A stretch of 64,000 nt of DNA, taken from IMG/VR virus record IMGVR_UViG_3300011008_002750, positions 32,001 through 96,000 of that record; one strand, written 5' to 3'. Under the pieces are notes generated by a model. The model saw nothing but the letters and a program-made list of their open reading frames with translations, was not told where the DNA came from and did not search any database. The DNA comes from a virus (taxonomy: Duplodnaviria; Caudoviricetes). Each line of letters starts with the position of its first letter. Position 1 is the stretch's first letter. A program made the translations under genes and the position numbers. This document shows positions 47,261-62,579 of this stretch, in pieces.

Positions 47261-49921
47261 TTAAAATCTCCTTCCACTTAACATATTTCCAAATCCTTGA
47301 TGGAAACCATTATTGTTATATAAACTTTGATCTATATTTCCTTGCATTACTGCACCATAACCATTTTGTTTATGTCGTAGATTTCTGAAATTAGCACCAG
47401 CTGTTTTATAGAATGCATCAAACTATTCATCTGTTAACTATGCTTCTTTTTCAACTAATATATTCAGCATCTAACCAATTTTATATAGTTTTTCTGTCTA
47501 TGGGGCTTTTTCTATCCATTCATTTAAGAATTTAATAAATTGACGTGATTCAGGTGCAATAGAAATAAATAAGCATGTTATTGCAATATCATCATGACAT
47601 AGTGATCCTTCGTAAGAATTTTTCTTTTTATTCTTTCCAAATTGATTCAACTCATTAATAGAACTGAGATTAACATCTTGATCATGTTGTCTGACTAATA
47701 TTTGTCTATTATGAATCATCTTAGCACCTAATTCACAGTAATAATTCTTTCCATGTTCTCCGCCTGTTGTTCTGAATCCATATTGAAGTTTCATTTTTTG
47801 AATTGGCTATCCTGGTTTCTAAATCCCTTTAACTGTTTTGAGAATTAATGCATCATAATAAGTAGGATGTTGTTTGAATTTATTAATCCAGTTATTTCCA
47901 TTAAAATTCATTTCTATCAAAATTCTGACATTATCTATTTCACCATAACCAGTTTTCAATATTTGAAATGCAATATATTTAGCTGCTTCTGCACACTGTG
48001 TCTCATCTTTAAAATTATCGATATATAAACCGACTTGTTTATATTGGACACAATCTTTAATAGATATAGGGCCTCCATTTCTGTTTACATTAATTCTATT
48101 AGGACTAAGTGGTTCTATTTCAAATATATTAATAATATTATAATCTGAATCTTCTTTTTCAACAGATGCTTGCTCAATTCCCTGTGCAGTGTCAACAACA
48201 AACAAGAATGATTTTCTATATAGTGTTTCATAATCCATATATGTTGGATTGAAATCTGGTGCCCATAATATATTATTAGATATTTCTAATGGGACATGAT
48301 TGAATTCTCTATGGACAAAATCTTGTTTAATTCTATTCATTAAGAGAATTGATTTTGGAGAAATTAATCTTGTACTGTCAGATTCAAATGATAATTTATA
48401 TTCTCGTTCAAACAAATCATCATCCATCATTTTCTTTCTCTCTCTTTCTAACCATTTTTCATCATGTCCTGGAACTTGCCACCAGTCAACACGGTTAAGA
48501 ACCCAATCACTAGTTTTTTTAATTGCACTATCAACAATTTCATAGAATTTTCCAGTTGTTCCACGAGGTGTTGACGAAACAATAATCTATGAGTTTACAA
48601 GGCTGGACATTGTAGGAATAACAGATGCCCAGTATTCTGAAATAACGCCTTGAGGAATAAGAGCACACTCATCAATATATAATAAATGAATAGAATCACC
48701 AGTTGCAGGAGTTTTAGAAGCTGCTGCACATTTAATGCATGTTCCATTTTCTAATTTAATTCTATTAGCAGAAATATTAAGTATACCCGGTTTTAAGAAG
48801 AATGGAAGTCCCTCTAAAAATTCTTTAACTTTTTCTACAATTCCAGAAGCAGTAGATTCTTTATTTGCACAAATAAAAATATTTCTATCATTATGAAATA
48901 TTGCATACCACATTATAAATGCGCCAATAGTGGTAGTATTATGAGATAAAATACCATTAGAATAATAACTATGATCTGATTCTTCAACAGATATATCATA
49001 CATATATTGAAGTTGATGAGTATTTACTACTGATTTAACTTTTGTCCAGCCATTTTCAGTTAATATATAATGATTTTCAGTTAAATCTTTAATAAAAATC
49101 CACTATTCAATAAAATTAATAGATGCATAAATTCTATGATTATCTGCACCATCTAGAGTTAATCCATTTTCTAATTCAAGATGGTATATTTCAAAAGGTT
49201 TAGTTCTAAAAAGCTGTGTAGCGTGATTATACTAATCTTTTGATTTAATTTCAAATTGGACATCTTGTTTTTCTATAAGTTTTTCTTGATGATTTTTACC
49301 AAATTTTATAGATTCTAATTTATAAATTATATTTGTTAATTTATTTTTAAATAATTTAGTATCATTTAATTTATATGCATTATAAATTATTTTATCTAAT
49401 AAAGATGGAAATTTAATATTATTAAAATATAATTCATATAATTTAATTTTTCCATATTCTTTAGTATCTATAATGGAATTTCCAGATAGGCATTTTGAAG
49501 TTTGTCTACTCTAAAGTAAACATACCATTGGGTTGTCTGGCATAATAACCTCTTCATCTGGGTCCCAATGTTCACTAGATAATGTTTTTAAATTCTCTTT
49601 TTGAAAATCATATAATTTAACAGTTGTTCTTCCTTTCTTATTCAAAAATTTTGCATAATTTTCAACAAACCATATACAATCATTAGAGCATTTGTCCATT
49701 ATTTTAAGTTCTTCATCAGTATATTCAAATATAACACCGGCATCACGCCAATCTGGACTACCGTGAAAGAATGGAGTTGTATCAGCTTTACCACCATTTA
49801 GAACATTTGTAGTTATTTCTTTGATTTTTTCTGTAGAATAAACTTTAGATTTCTTTTCTAATTCGGCTTGCTTGTCTAATACATTACTATGTATGTCAAA
49901 TTGTTGTCGAACCTTTGGCAT
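47261..49921 (-). CDS. gp17: terminase large subunit gp17 with intein
   Basis: LYDFQ, SRQTSK|TT Walker A, LLYIDE Walker B, SSTPRG, VDTAQG..DY, IEMN, HDD; one frame with TAG=Q. Confidence 0.92.
48938..49492 (-). mobile_element. 185-aa cis mini-intein in terminase Walker A
   Basis: CLSGNS start, ADNH block B, MYDISV..HSYYSNGILSHN|T end; no endonuclease motifs. Confidence 0.9.
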
Positions 49922-49980
49922 TATTAAATTATATAATTGTTTTCATTTTAATTATTTATTATAAAGAAAAAGAAGAACCA

Positions 49981-51534
49981 TTATTTTGGTTCTTCTATTA
50001 ATTTAATTAAATCATTTTCCAAATCTTTACTCCAACCTTCTACGCTATTGCACATAAATTTAATATTTGGATTTTCTAGTGCTCTTTGAAAGTCTCTTTT
50101 ATAAATGTCATAATTCCATATTCCAAGTCGAATTTCATCATCTCTAACAGGGTTTTCATGTTCATAATAATTAAAGTAAATATCTTCAAGCACATAACTT
50201 TCATTCATTAAATTATATTTTTCAATTATTGATAATAGCTTGTTCATTTCATACCAATATGGAAAATGTGTAGTATAGTTCACGTGTGGTATACCCTCTT
50301 TGTCAAATAACTGACGTGTTTTCCATTTATCATAGTTCCAATAACTTTTAGGTGCTTTTGAATTACCTGTAAAGGATTGAGAATGATAGTGTGTCTGTAA
50401 TATATCAAATAAAGTAAAAGGCTTTATTGCATATTCATCATCGCACATTGCCACAAAACCAGTGTATTGATCTTTGTATTTGTTTATTACTGTTACAAAT
50501 TTATTCAGAATATCAAGATGTGGATTGTATTGTCCATCTATTTTTGGTTTTGTTGGACACTCAATAAATTCAACCCAAGGAAACTTTTCTTCAAAAGATT
50601 TGTCATATTCGCCAATTACTACAAAATGATACTTGAATATACAGTTTTTTCTCCACAATGATAGTGTAAGTTCAAGTTCTGTTCCTTGTGCACTACTTTG
50701 CTTGTAAGGTAGTATTACTAGTGTTTCATCTTTAAGTGCTTCCATAAGTTCAGATTTTACACATTTTAATTCAGGATTAAGATTAAAGAAAAAATCAAAG
50801 TTTCGCCTTTTGCCCCACATAAAACCTCGTTCTTTTAGTCGCCAAACATATTCTTCCCAAGATTTTGTTATGTAGTGTTTCAAATATATTTTATCATATA
50901 TTTTTGCTGAACGATTTTTAGAAAAATCTGTTCTGCACCAATTGCATTTATCACTTGGTTGATGAGGATTCCAAAAAATAGAATCATCGTATTTTTTCAA
51001 ATTAAAACAAGTTTTGCTAAGTGCATATAGTTGTTCGACTAAATACCCTGTAGATTCATATTTATATGCTTCAAGAACTTTTTGATTTGGTTTTTGAATA
51101 TAATTGCAAGCTCCATAACATTTCCATTGTAAAACTATAGCATCATAATCTTTATATAGTGATATAACATTATCTAATTTATAATTATTATCTTCAAGTG
51201 TAATAAATTCATCAGCATCTATCATAAAGCACCAATCAAATTCTAAATAATTACTTGAAAGATATTGAAGGCATCGTTTTACATAAAAATGATGTGGGCT
51301 TTTTACTTTAGTTTGTTTTAATTCTAATAAATATGTTTTTTCTTCTACATTAAATAATTCTGAAATGTTTAATAATAAAATACAACTATATTTGTCAGTA
51401 ATACCTTTATGCGAATCACTATCAAAATCTTCAAAAATGAAAATATAATCAATACCTAGATGAAGATGGTATTGAATCCATTCGTCTAGGTATTGATGCT
51501 CATTTTTTATTATTGTACAAATACAAGATTTCAT
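49981..51534 (-). CDS. glycosyltransferase (GT92/GT2-like) fused to a Stealth-like domain
   Basis: IKNEHQYLDEWI.YH..IDADEF; C-terminal ELELTL..KN..MCDD..HFP. Confidence 0.75.
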   Translation of the reverse strand: MKSCICTIIKNEHQYLDEWIQYHLHLGIDYIFIFEDFDSDSHKGITDKYSCILLLNISELFNVEEKTYLLELKQTKVKSPHHFYVKRCLQYLSSNYLEFDWCFMIDADEFITLEDNNYKLDNVISLYKDYDAIVLQWKCYGACNYIQKPNQKVLEAYKYESTGYLVEQLYALSKTCFNLKKYDDSIFWNPHQPSDKCNWCRTDFSKNRSAKIYDKIYLKHYITKSWEEYVWRLKERGFMWGKRRNFDFFFNLNPELKCVKSELMEALKDETLVILPYKQSSAQGTELELTLSLWRKNCIFKYHFVVIGEYDKSFEEKFPWVEFIECPTKPKIDGQYNPHLDILNKFVTVINKYKDQYTGFVAMCDDEYAIKPFTLFDILQTHYHSQSFTGNSKAPKSYWNYDKWKTRQLFDKEGIPHVNYTTHFPYWYEMNKLLSIIEKYNLMNESYVLEDIYFNYYEHENPVRDDEIRLGIWNYDIYKRDFQRALENPNIKFMCNSVEGWSKDLENDLIKLIEEPK

Positions 51535-51537
51535 AAA

Positions 51538-52257
51538 TTATTGGATTGCTTGAATTCTAGATTCATAGTTTAACCAATGTTGAGCAGATTTATATGCTTG
51601 AACAGAAGCAGATGGTACATAAATTGGACAACTATTTGTATTGTCAAATACTAAATCGCCATTTAATGTTGGAGGTGTTGTTGCTTCACATGTTACAGAT
51701 GTCAAACTGCGGCAATTAGCGAAAACACTATCCCCAATGTTTGTCACACTATTAGGAATTGTGATAGATGACAAATAATAACAATTTTGGAAAGCACCAT
51801 TTCCAATGCTTGTGACACTATTACCAATCGTCGTAGAGGTCAAATTTAAGCAATTAGCGAAAGCACCACCTCCAATGCTTGTCACACTATTTGGTATAGT
51901 CACAGAAACTAGTGATTCTTGTGCGAAAAATCCGTTAATTGGTATTTCTTTTAAATCCTCAATAAATTTAATTATACCTTTACCACCTTCATATGTATTT
52001 GATATAACTTCTGGCCAACTAGCGCCTGAACCACTTCCTGAACCACTTCCTGAACCACTTCCTGAACCTCCACTGCCAAGCTCAATTGGTTTACCATCAT
52101 TTGTAGTATACCAAATTTCATTATTCTCAGGTCCTACTGGTGGAACTGGTCCAGGAGTTTTTCCTTCAGCAAATAAATTACCATTAATATCCATCGCAAT
52201 CAATGGACGAATTTCTGGAAGGTTTTGTAAAACCTCAACTTTAATAATGTGTTTCAT
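51538..52257 (-). CDS. BspA-type leucine-rich repeat (LRR_5) protein
   Basis: IPNSVTSIG..AF..C..L repeats; (GS)n linker encoded by 12-bp tandem repeats near 52025-52070. Confidence 0.85.
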   Translation of the reverse strand: MKHIIKVEVLQNLPEIRPLIAMDINGNLFAEGKTPGPVPPVGPENNEIWYTTNDGKPIELGSGGSGSGSGSGSGSGSGASWPEVISNTYEGGKGIIKFIEDLKEIPINGFFAQESLVSVTIPNSVTSIGGGAFANCLNLTSTTIGNSVTSIGNGAFQNCYYLSSITIPNSVTNIGDSVFANCRSLTSVTCEATTPPTLNGDLVFDNTNSCPIYVPSASVQAYKSAQHWLNYESRIQAIQ

Positions 52258-52512
52258 AATTATATTTTTATTAATTTTTATAATTTTATTGTTTAATAAT
52301 ATTAATAACAAAATGTTCTATATTTACTATATTATATTTATTAAATAAATTTGAATATATTTGAGTAAAATATATAAAAAACTTTTTTCTCAACCTGCCA
52401 TAAAATAACTAATTGTTAGTTATTCGGTGAAATAAATTTATTTTTAATATAATATATAGCTTCTAAGAAATTCTCCTAATAAATAATAAAATATATTATT
52501 TTATTAATATTA

Positions 52513-55500
52513 ATGGAAACTAATTGTCCACTGAAGCTATGGGTTTATACATTCTGTTATAACGAAGAAAAGATTCTTCCTTATGTTATTGAATACTGGA
52601 AATAGTATGCGGCTAAAGTTATTGTTTATGACAATGGATCAACAGATAATTCTCTGAAAATTCTATCTCAATATTCTTGGATTGAGGTCAGAGAATTTGA
52701 TACTGAAAATACATTTGATCCAGAAAAAATTTCTCAATATAAAAGTTTCTGTTATGCAGATGCAATTGGAAAAGCAGACTATGTTATGGTCTGTGATATT
52801 GATGAAGTTCTTCTTCCAACTGAAAATCTTCTTCCAGAATTAGTTCTTGCTAAGAAAGACAATATACAATTATTCCAAACTAAATATTATGAGATTATCA
52901 ATAACGAATTAAATCCTAAATATGATTCTCTAATTCACACTGCAGAAGGCTATTATGCATATCCAAATGTAAATATTCACAAAGCTATTGTTTTTGATCC
53001 ACGAATAAAAATAGCATTTGGACATAATTCTTTAACATATTCAACAAATAGAAATTATATTACAAAATCTATTATTACTTTACATCTTAAAATGATAAGT
53101 AGCAATATTTTGGTTTCTAGATAGAAGCATTTATATTTAAGATTAAATAAAAAATATAAATATCAGGATGATGCTTTATATTATGGAAATATAAAAAATA
53201 TTGGAACGCGGCTATCATATTTTAAGCTATTATTTCCATATAAATATAGGTTTAACAAAAATGAAAATTATATAACAATATTTGATGATATATATACAAT
53301 GATAAAAAATAATATAAAATTTAAAGACTTAACATGGTTGCCAACTGAAATTAATCATAATTCTGAAAGTTCAAATAAAGAATGTATATTTGGAATTCCT
53401 ATTTATAAATCAGATTTATCTACAACAGAAAAAGCATCATTAACGCAATTATGCAAAATTATTCAAAACAAATTTGAAATATGTTTAATCTGCCCAGAAG
53501 ATCTTAATCTTAGAGAATATGTTGATATTGCAGATAAGTATAGTGTAAAACTATCCACATTATTTTGTGCTAAACAATATTTTATGGGAACAGCTTCATA
53601 TAGTTATATGTGTGAAACTGCAGATTTTTATAAATGTTTTAGTGAATACAAATATCTATTTATATATTAGCTTGATGGATGGATATTTGAAGATGATGTT
53701 TAGAAATATTTAGATTTAGATGTTGACTATATTGGAAGTCCTTGGAACGGTGGGTCATTCAATTTGTCATGCGATACTATTGGAAATGGCGGAGTCAGCT
53801 TAAGAAAAGTTCAAAAATTTATAGATGTTTGCAATAGTTTTACTCCTGAAGATTATGAAAAGGATTGGGTCAAAACTGAAGATTTGTTTTTCTGCAAAAC
53901 AATGAAGGCAAAAGCAAATTTCAAATTGCCAACAGTTTAGGCTGGATCTAATTTTTCATTATGCGGATTATGGGGAAGATTTATGACAAAATACAATGAT
54001 GGAAAATTGCCAATGTGTCTGCATGGGTGGCATAGAGATTATTCTTCATATTGGAAAAAATATATTAATTTAGATGAGTTCGAAACAACTGGGGATATTA
54101 AGATTGTTTAGCAACCTATATAGCCTATATAGAAATCCGATTATAAAACCAGATTAGAATTAATTAAAATGAGATTGAATAAATCTAATAAACCTATAAA
54201 TATATAGGCCCCTGCTAAAATAGAGAATAATAAAATAGAAAATAAAAACGAAATTACGCAAAAAACAACGATGTCATCAGGATATGCAAATTTTTATAAA
54301 GATTTAAAATGGGAAACTAACAAGCAGACTACTACACAATATAGTGCTAAACCTGCTGTGTCAGCTAAGAAAGTAGAAGAGAAAAAAATTGAAGTTAAAT
54401 AGGAAATACAAAATAATGCACATATTAATAAAGATAATTATTTATATTATATATGTGAATCTGATGATATGCAAGTTCATTATAGTAATAATGAAAGAAT
54501 TATTGTAACTATGACAACTTGGTCAAAACGAATAGGAAATATTCCTACAGTATTAACAAATATATTAAACAATACATTAAAACCATATAAAATTGTTATT
54601 AATCTAGCAGAAGAAGAATTTAAAAATAAAGAAAAAGATTTTCCAAATAATGTTAACGAGTTTTTAAATAATCATAAAGATATTATTGAAGTATATTGGG
54701 TAAAGCATAATACTAAAGTTTGGAAAAAAGTAATTCCAACACTATTGCGATACCCTAATGATATAATAATTTGTATAGATGATGATTGGATATATCCTAG
54801 CGACATGATACAAACATTATATAATGAATATATTAAATATAATAAAAATTATCCTATAAGTGGAAATAATTGTAGATTTTTTAATATGAATTGTCATTGT
54901 GGTTGCGGTTCATTAACAAGCTACAAATTATTAAATTCTTTAAATTAGCTATATGCTATAAATGAAGAAACTGTTAAATATGGTAGTGATGACATTGTGT
55001 ATAGTTATTGTGCTATTATAAATAGCAACGAATATAAATAGAGCCCAGTAAAATATTCTACAAATATGAAATCGTATAATGCAAATAATGCATTTAGTGC
55101 CGGTGCTGGCGCGGCGGAAAGAGTTAACATATAGAAAACATATAATAGTTTTAAAGTAAATTATGAAAAAAATAAAGATGTTGTTTTATATAATGATAAT
55201 AAAACTGAATTATTTTATAATATATAGAATGGCAAAAAAATATTCGGAAAATCTAATATTAATTGGATATATACTGCAATAAAATATAATTACGAAAGTG
55301 ACAATAAAAAAATATGCATAGTTATACCAATATATAAAGAAAAATTAACAGCAGACGAAGAATATTCGTTAATTTAGTTATTCAATATAGTACAATATAA
55401 ATATGATATTATATTAGTAAAACCATTTTCTTTAAATATAGAAAATTATACAAAACTTATACCTTATAAATTTAATATATTAAATTGTAATCCAGCATAT

Positions 55501-56797
55501 TTTAAAAAGAGAAATAATTTATATGAAACCCCATATTCATTTATGTTAGAAACTGCCGAATTTTATGAATGTTTTGTCAATTATGAATGGATGTTTATTT
55601 ATTAGTTAGATGGTTGGATTTTTAAAGATAATTTTAATTATTTTATGAATAAAAATTATGATTATTATGGATGTGTTCATGAAACAGTGACAACAGCTAA
55701 AAAAGGCGAAAATGGAAATGGCGGAGTAAGTCTTAGAAAAATTTCTGCATTTATAAATAACTTATAGTCAATTAAAAAGAATCCAATATAGTTAGATAAT
55801 AAAATACAAGAAGATATTGCATTTTCTAGATATTATAAAAATATATTTAATATTGCACCAATTGAATTTGCTTTAGAATTTGGTTTTTAGAATAATTGCG
55901 ATCTTTTATATAAACATAATAAAAATAATTTACCAATGTGTGTTCATAAATATTTGGTTTATAATCCAACATTTTGGAAAAAATATATTAAATATCCAAT
56001 TATGCCTATAATTAACAATAAAATTGTTGTCTCAATGACATCATATCCTAAAAGAATCGGAAATGTTAGCAAATCTATAGAATTATTATTAACAAAACAA
56101 ACATTACCGCCTAATGAAATACATTTATGGTTAAGTATTGAAGAATTTCCTAATAAAGAAAAAGATTTACCAATAGATTTGTTAAATACAATTAAAAATC
56201 ATAAAAATGTATAGTTACATTGGCTGGAGAAAAATACATTTGTTCATAAACGACATGAAATATTTAAATATGCAGAAGATAATGATTATGTATTTTTATT
56301 AGATGATGATGTAGAATATGATAAAAAACTAATAGAAACGGTAATAAATTGTGCAAAAAATAATGAAAATACTATTATTTTATATCATAATTATTCATCT
56401 CATGTTTATTAGGGAAAACATATTATATATACACCAGATTCTAAAAATATAATGAATAAAAAAGAAATTAATAAATTTAGGTGGTGCGGATAGTCTATGA
56501 TTCCTGTAAAAATCTATCCTAAAGAAATTTTAAGTGAAGCAAACCAAAATATACGAAATAAAGTATCTCCGATAAGTGACGAATGCTGGTTCTAGCCATG
56601 GGTTGTATATTATGATATTCCTTTATATGCATGTACATTTAATTGGGGAACTGATCTTAATAATACTATGAATACGGGAATAAATTCATGGTCCCATCAA
56701 AAAGAAGAAAATGGTTATACTAGACGAGATAATTGGTTAAATGCAGTTTTAAATGCATATCCAGAAATATATAAAAAATATAAAAAACTATTTAATT

Positions 56798-56808
<11 letters not shown>
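52513..56808 (+). CDS. 1431-aa multi-domain glycosyltransferase (GT2-like + 2x DUF5672-like + 2x GT-A)
   Basis: One frame with TAG=Q; YNEE..DNGSTD..DIDE; twice YQLDGWIF..GNGGVSLRK; twice MT..KRI..DDD. Confidence 0.8.
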
Positions 56809-58661
<1,853 letters not shown>

Positions 58662-58674
58662 TTTCTCTTCATTT

Positions 58675-59838
58675 TTATTTCATTCTATATTCTTTAATAT
58701 CTTGCATTAGCATTTCCCAATAATTATTTAACAAATCTTTTAATGTATTTTTAAGTAAAGTGACATATGTATGGTTATTAATTTCATTTTCAAATTGGAA
58801 ATATGCCTATCCGTATTTTTGAACTTCTATACGTTTTTCATATGCACTTAAATAATATGGCCTTCCTGCATATTGTATTTGTCGTTGGCGAATAACTATC
58901 CATATATTTTTTCCGTCTGCTGTATCTACATTAATATTAAATACATCATCTGTATATCTGTCAGGGTTAACAAATTTGAAACTTTTAATATATGGGTCAC
59001 TATTTAATAATTCTGCAACAGGTTTCGCTTTAGGCGGAATATTTTTCTAAGATTTATTAATACCTTTATAATCATCTATTAATTCTTGAATATCTTCATC
59101 TGGTTCATATCTTTCAGCTGCTCTTTTTGCTGCTTCTTTATATGGATTTGCCTATTCATCATTAGCCGTTATCCATCTTCCATCGCCAAAACAAGTATAT
59201 AGCATACCATTAATCTATTTGACGGCATTACCCCAATTTAATTTATATGCAACAATTAAATATTGCATTAGCTAATCCAGATTACCACTATATTTTTTGA
59301 ATATTATTCTTGGATTTTTGCCATCATAAAATGATTTAAGCATAAATGCCCAAGCTTCAAAAGACGGTTCGGAAATTTCAATTTTGCTTAGTGCATTATT
59401 TAATTTGTCTTCACGATCTTTGATTTGTTTATGAACCAAATTCCATCTATATTCATCTTTAGAAATATCATACGTTATTGCTATAGCTTTTCCACCATTA
59501 TAGTTGTCATCAATAATACGGACGGCATCTCCTAAAATACTTAGTTTATTTTTAATATATTCTTTTTGTTCTTTATCTAATGGAATTCTTTTTTCTTCAA
59601 CTGTATCGTATTCATGAATTTCTAAAACTTTAAAAGGAAGTGCAGGCATATTAGATGGCATACTAATAGTATTTACGCTAAACATAAAATGTCTGCGTTC
59701 TTCTGGTGTATTAAACTAAGATATATAATTTTCATCCATTAAAACATCATCTATCCAAGACTATGCACTTCTAAAAGATAAACCATATAATTTTTTAGCC
59801 TCTTCTTCATTATATGTAAAACTTTCAAATAAAAACAT
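58675..59838 (-). CDS. hypothetical protein, MFLFESFTY family paralog 1
   Basis: Open with TAG=Q; shares start and PDEDIQEL..DYK with neighbour. Confidence 0.7.
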
Positions 59839-59840
59839 AA

Positions 59841-60935
59841 TTAAATTTTAATTTTTATTTTTCCTAATTCATCTGGATCGTCATAATAAATTGCATTGAC
59901 AGCCGAAACTATTTCATTATCAATTTCTTTTAATTTAACAGGGTGTGTTCTTTTTTCATAATGCTGTTTATGTGTAGCTACTGACACTGTATAAAACTCA
60001 TCTTCATATTTTATCGCTGACGATGTATAATTATCAATATAAATTCTACCAGCTTGCTCATTAGTCAATAATACATCGATTGCATAATGATAGCCATCAA
60101 TAACTTCATAATTTTTAACTTTTGAATTATTATCAAGACCTCTGCATATATGCATTATTTTTGCAGGAATAGAACTCTTGCTAACATTTTTAGTATAATC
60201 TTTATAATCATTTGCTAATTCTTGAATATCCTCATCTGGTTTATACATAAAATTAGCATATGCATCTAACCATTTTTTGAATGGACCCGGAATTCTATCT
60301 CTATATTGTTCTGTTGCTAATATTTCAGAAATAATTTCCATTAAAGTATCTTTTGCATTTTCCCAGTCCATTTTAACTGCGACAATATATTTGGCACATA
60401 CATCTTTTAACCCATTCTTTTTAGAGAATAATCTTTTATCAGGGGACTTTCTTTGTGAATATGCTTTTAACATATATAACCAAGTTTCTAATGTTGGCTG
60501 TGAGTCCAGAATTAACCCATATGTCATTCCTGCATTGATATTGTCATGCTCTTCATTCCATCTAACTTCGTCTTCTCTAATATTATACACAAATTTAATA
60601 TTTTTCTAATTATTTCCTCTTGTTTCATCTGTTTTAAAACCATTAGTAATTTCTACACCATTATAATTTCGAAGCATTTTAATTGCATACTTATGGGCTT
60701 CTAACGGAAATACATCAACATAACCGTCTGAAAATATTTTATAAGTATCGATAAATGAAATTTCATAAGTATTATTATGATGATCTTTATCCCAACATCT
60801 ACGCACTGCAAATTTGCCATTATCTTTATAATCTTTATTTAGATAATTAGCAAAATAATTAGAAGCATTATAAAAATCTTCATAATATTTTACTGCCCAT
60901 TTGTCATCATATGTAAAACTTTCAAATAGAAACAT
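59841..60935 (-). CDS. hypothetical protein, MFLFESFTY family paralog 2
   Basis: Two track ORFs joined by TAG 60606. Confidence 0.75.
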
Positions 60936-60937
60936 AA

Positions 60938-61156
60938 TTAAAAATCATATTGTGAAAACATTCTATCCCAACATTCTGGACAAGTTCTAGTTATTAATAA
61001 TTCGCGTTTAGTAGGTGGCAGATATGGAAATGCTTCTTGAACCAATTTTTCTCCTCGTTGCCATGCTCCTAAATCTTCTAAATCAACAGATATTGGAATT
61101 TCTTGACCACAACATTTACAACGAACTTTAAGATTTACAAAATTATCATTATTCAT
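60938..61156 (-). CDS. small zinc-ribbon protein
   Basis: CKCC..IQ/VQEAFPYL..RELLI..CPECW. Confidence 0.75.
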   Translation of the reverse strand: MNNDNFVNLKVRCKCCGQEIPISVDLEDLGAWQRGEKLVQEAFPYLPPTKRELLITRTCPECWDRMFSQYDF

Positions 61157-61241
61157 AATATAAATAATATATTTTACTTCAATATATTTATTAAAACTTT
61201 TAATGTGTTTGTTTTATAATAATTAAAAATAAAATAAAATT

Positions 61242-61613
61242 ATGATAACAAAAACAGGACAGTTAAAACCATATTTAGAAACAGATAATGAAGAATACAA
61301 AGAGCTTATAAGTCTTTATAATGATTGGGAGGCTGATGTTGCATTTAAATCAAACGTTAATTGGATAGACACTAATGAAAATTGGAAAAAGATGCATGAA
61401 TATTGCAATGAACATAAAGATATATTGAAAAAATTCTGGTTGGAAATGTATAAAACATTTGGAGAGGTTGGCCATTTCACATTTATGCTTGGTTTAGTTT
61501 TTCCAAATATGGTTGAGGTTGTTAGTGGACATTGTCCATTGAAATATATTGAAACATCATGGTGGTTAAAATTTCTTAAAGAAAATGGAGAAATAGAAAA
61601 TGTTAAAAAATAA
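61242..61613 (+). CDS. hypothetical protein
   Basis: TAG-free ORF after AAAC-N17-TATAAT. Confidence 0.7.
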   Translation: MITKTGQLKPYLETDNEEYKELISLYNDWEADVAFKSNVNWIDTNENWKKMHEYCNEHKDILKKFWLEMYKTFGEVGHFTFMLGLVFPNMVEVVSGHCPLKYIETSWWLKFLKENGEIENVKK

Positions 61614-61619
61614 AAAGAT

Positions 61620-61871
61620 ATGAAAAAGATATATTGTATAGAAGAATGGTGTAAATTTGAAGATGGTCAAAGAGAAATATTTAGAGATGCACTATTATGG
61701 GGTAGTCATGAAACTCCTTGGAAAATCGGGTGTGATGACATTCTTCATGAATTTGATAGCGAAAAAGAATTTACTGAAAAATTATTAAACATAATAAACA
61801 AAGGTGGTATAATTGGTAAAGTTTATATTAAAGAAATGCCAGATGATTATAAACTAACACTATATTCATAA
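61620..61871 (+). CDS. hypothetical protein
   Basis: 83-aa ORF. Confidence 0.65.
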   Translation: MKKIYCIEEWCKFEDGQREIFRDALLWGSHETPWKIGCDDILHEFDSEKEFTEKLLNIINKGGIIGKVYIKEMPDDYKLTLYS

Positions 61872-61887
61872 AATAGAAGAAAAATAA

Positions 61888-61930
61888 AGCTTCTATTTTT
61901 TCATTTGAATAAAAAGTATTAATTTTGCAT
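61888..61930 (+). promoter_or_regulatory. early promoter with Bacteroidota -7 element
   Basis: Second copy of the 41822 block; TAATTTTG at 61920. Confidence 0.65.
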
Positions 61931-61953
61931 CGAAATTAAAAAATATTACAATT

Positions 61954-62082
61954 ATGAAAAATATAGCAGAATACGAAAAATGGAAAAAACAATTTTTAAA
62001 CAATCTTATTAATTTTAATATTGAAAGTCTTTTAGAAGCTAATAAACTTTTAAATCGTACAAAGAAACAGAAACAAAAATAA
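61954..62082 (+). CDS. small hypothetical protein, 42 aa
   Basis: MKNIAEYEKWKKQF.. directly after the early promoter. Confidence 0.55.
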   Translation: MKNIAEYEKWKKQFLNNLINFNIESLLEANKLLNRTKKQKQK

Positions 62083-62086
62083 TAAT

Positions 62087-62326
62087 ATGGATACATTTAA
62101 ATGGCATAAACAGTCTGAAGATGATATTTTGTTTGCAATTGATGATTGGGCATATCATAGATTTGCTTGCTTAATGAAAGACGGTAAACTTGCAGAATTT
62201 AGCGGTTTGCATGATGAAACATATGATGGAGAAATAACTACGCATATTGATTGCATTAGTGACAAATATGATTATTATACAATAGATGATATTAAAATGT
62301 GGATTGAAATTCCAAAATCTAAATAA
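62087..62326 (+). CDS. hypothetical protein
   Basis: 79-aa ORF. Confidence 0.65.
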   Translation: MDTFKWHKQSEDDILFAIDDWAYHRFACLMKDGKLAEFSGLHDETYDGEITTHIDCISDKYDYYTIDDIKMWIEIPKSK

Positions 62327-62346
62327 TTAAATAAAATATTTAAATT

Positions 62347-62553
62347 ATGAAAACAACAATTCCAGAAGAAATTTTTATTGAATGTATAAAAAGTGCAAAT
62401 AATGGAGACCTGCAAGCTGAAGGTGTTTGTCCTGAATGTGAAAAAATGATAAAATTCAAATATTACCCATATGAATGGGATCCACGTGATTCAACAGTAA
62501 CATATATGGGTATTTGCCCTGAATGTGGAAAACCAATTTATGTGGGTGATTAA
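62347..62553 (+). CDS. small zinc-finger protein
   Basis: Two CPEC motifs. Confidence 0.7.
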   Translation: MKTTIPEEIFIECIKSANNGDLQAEGVCPECEKMIKFKYYPYEWDPRDSTVTYMGICPECGKPIYVGD

Positions 62554-62579
62554 TAAAATAATTAAAAAATTTAAATATT

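Noticed and set aside
52020-52075. 12-bp tandem repeat
   Set aside because: Encodes a (GS)n linker in the LRR protein.
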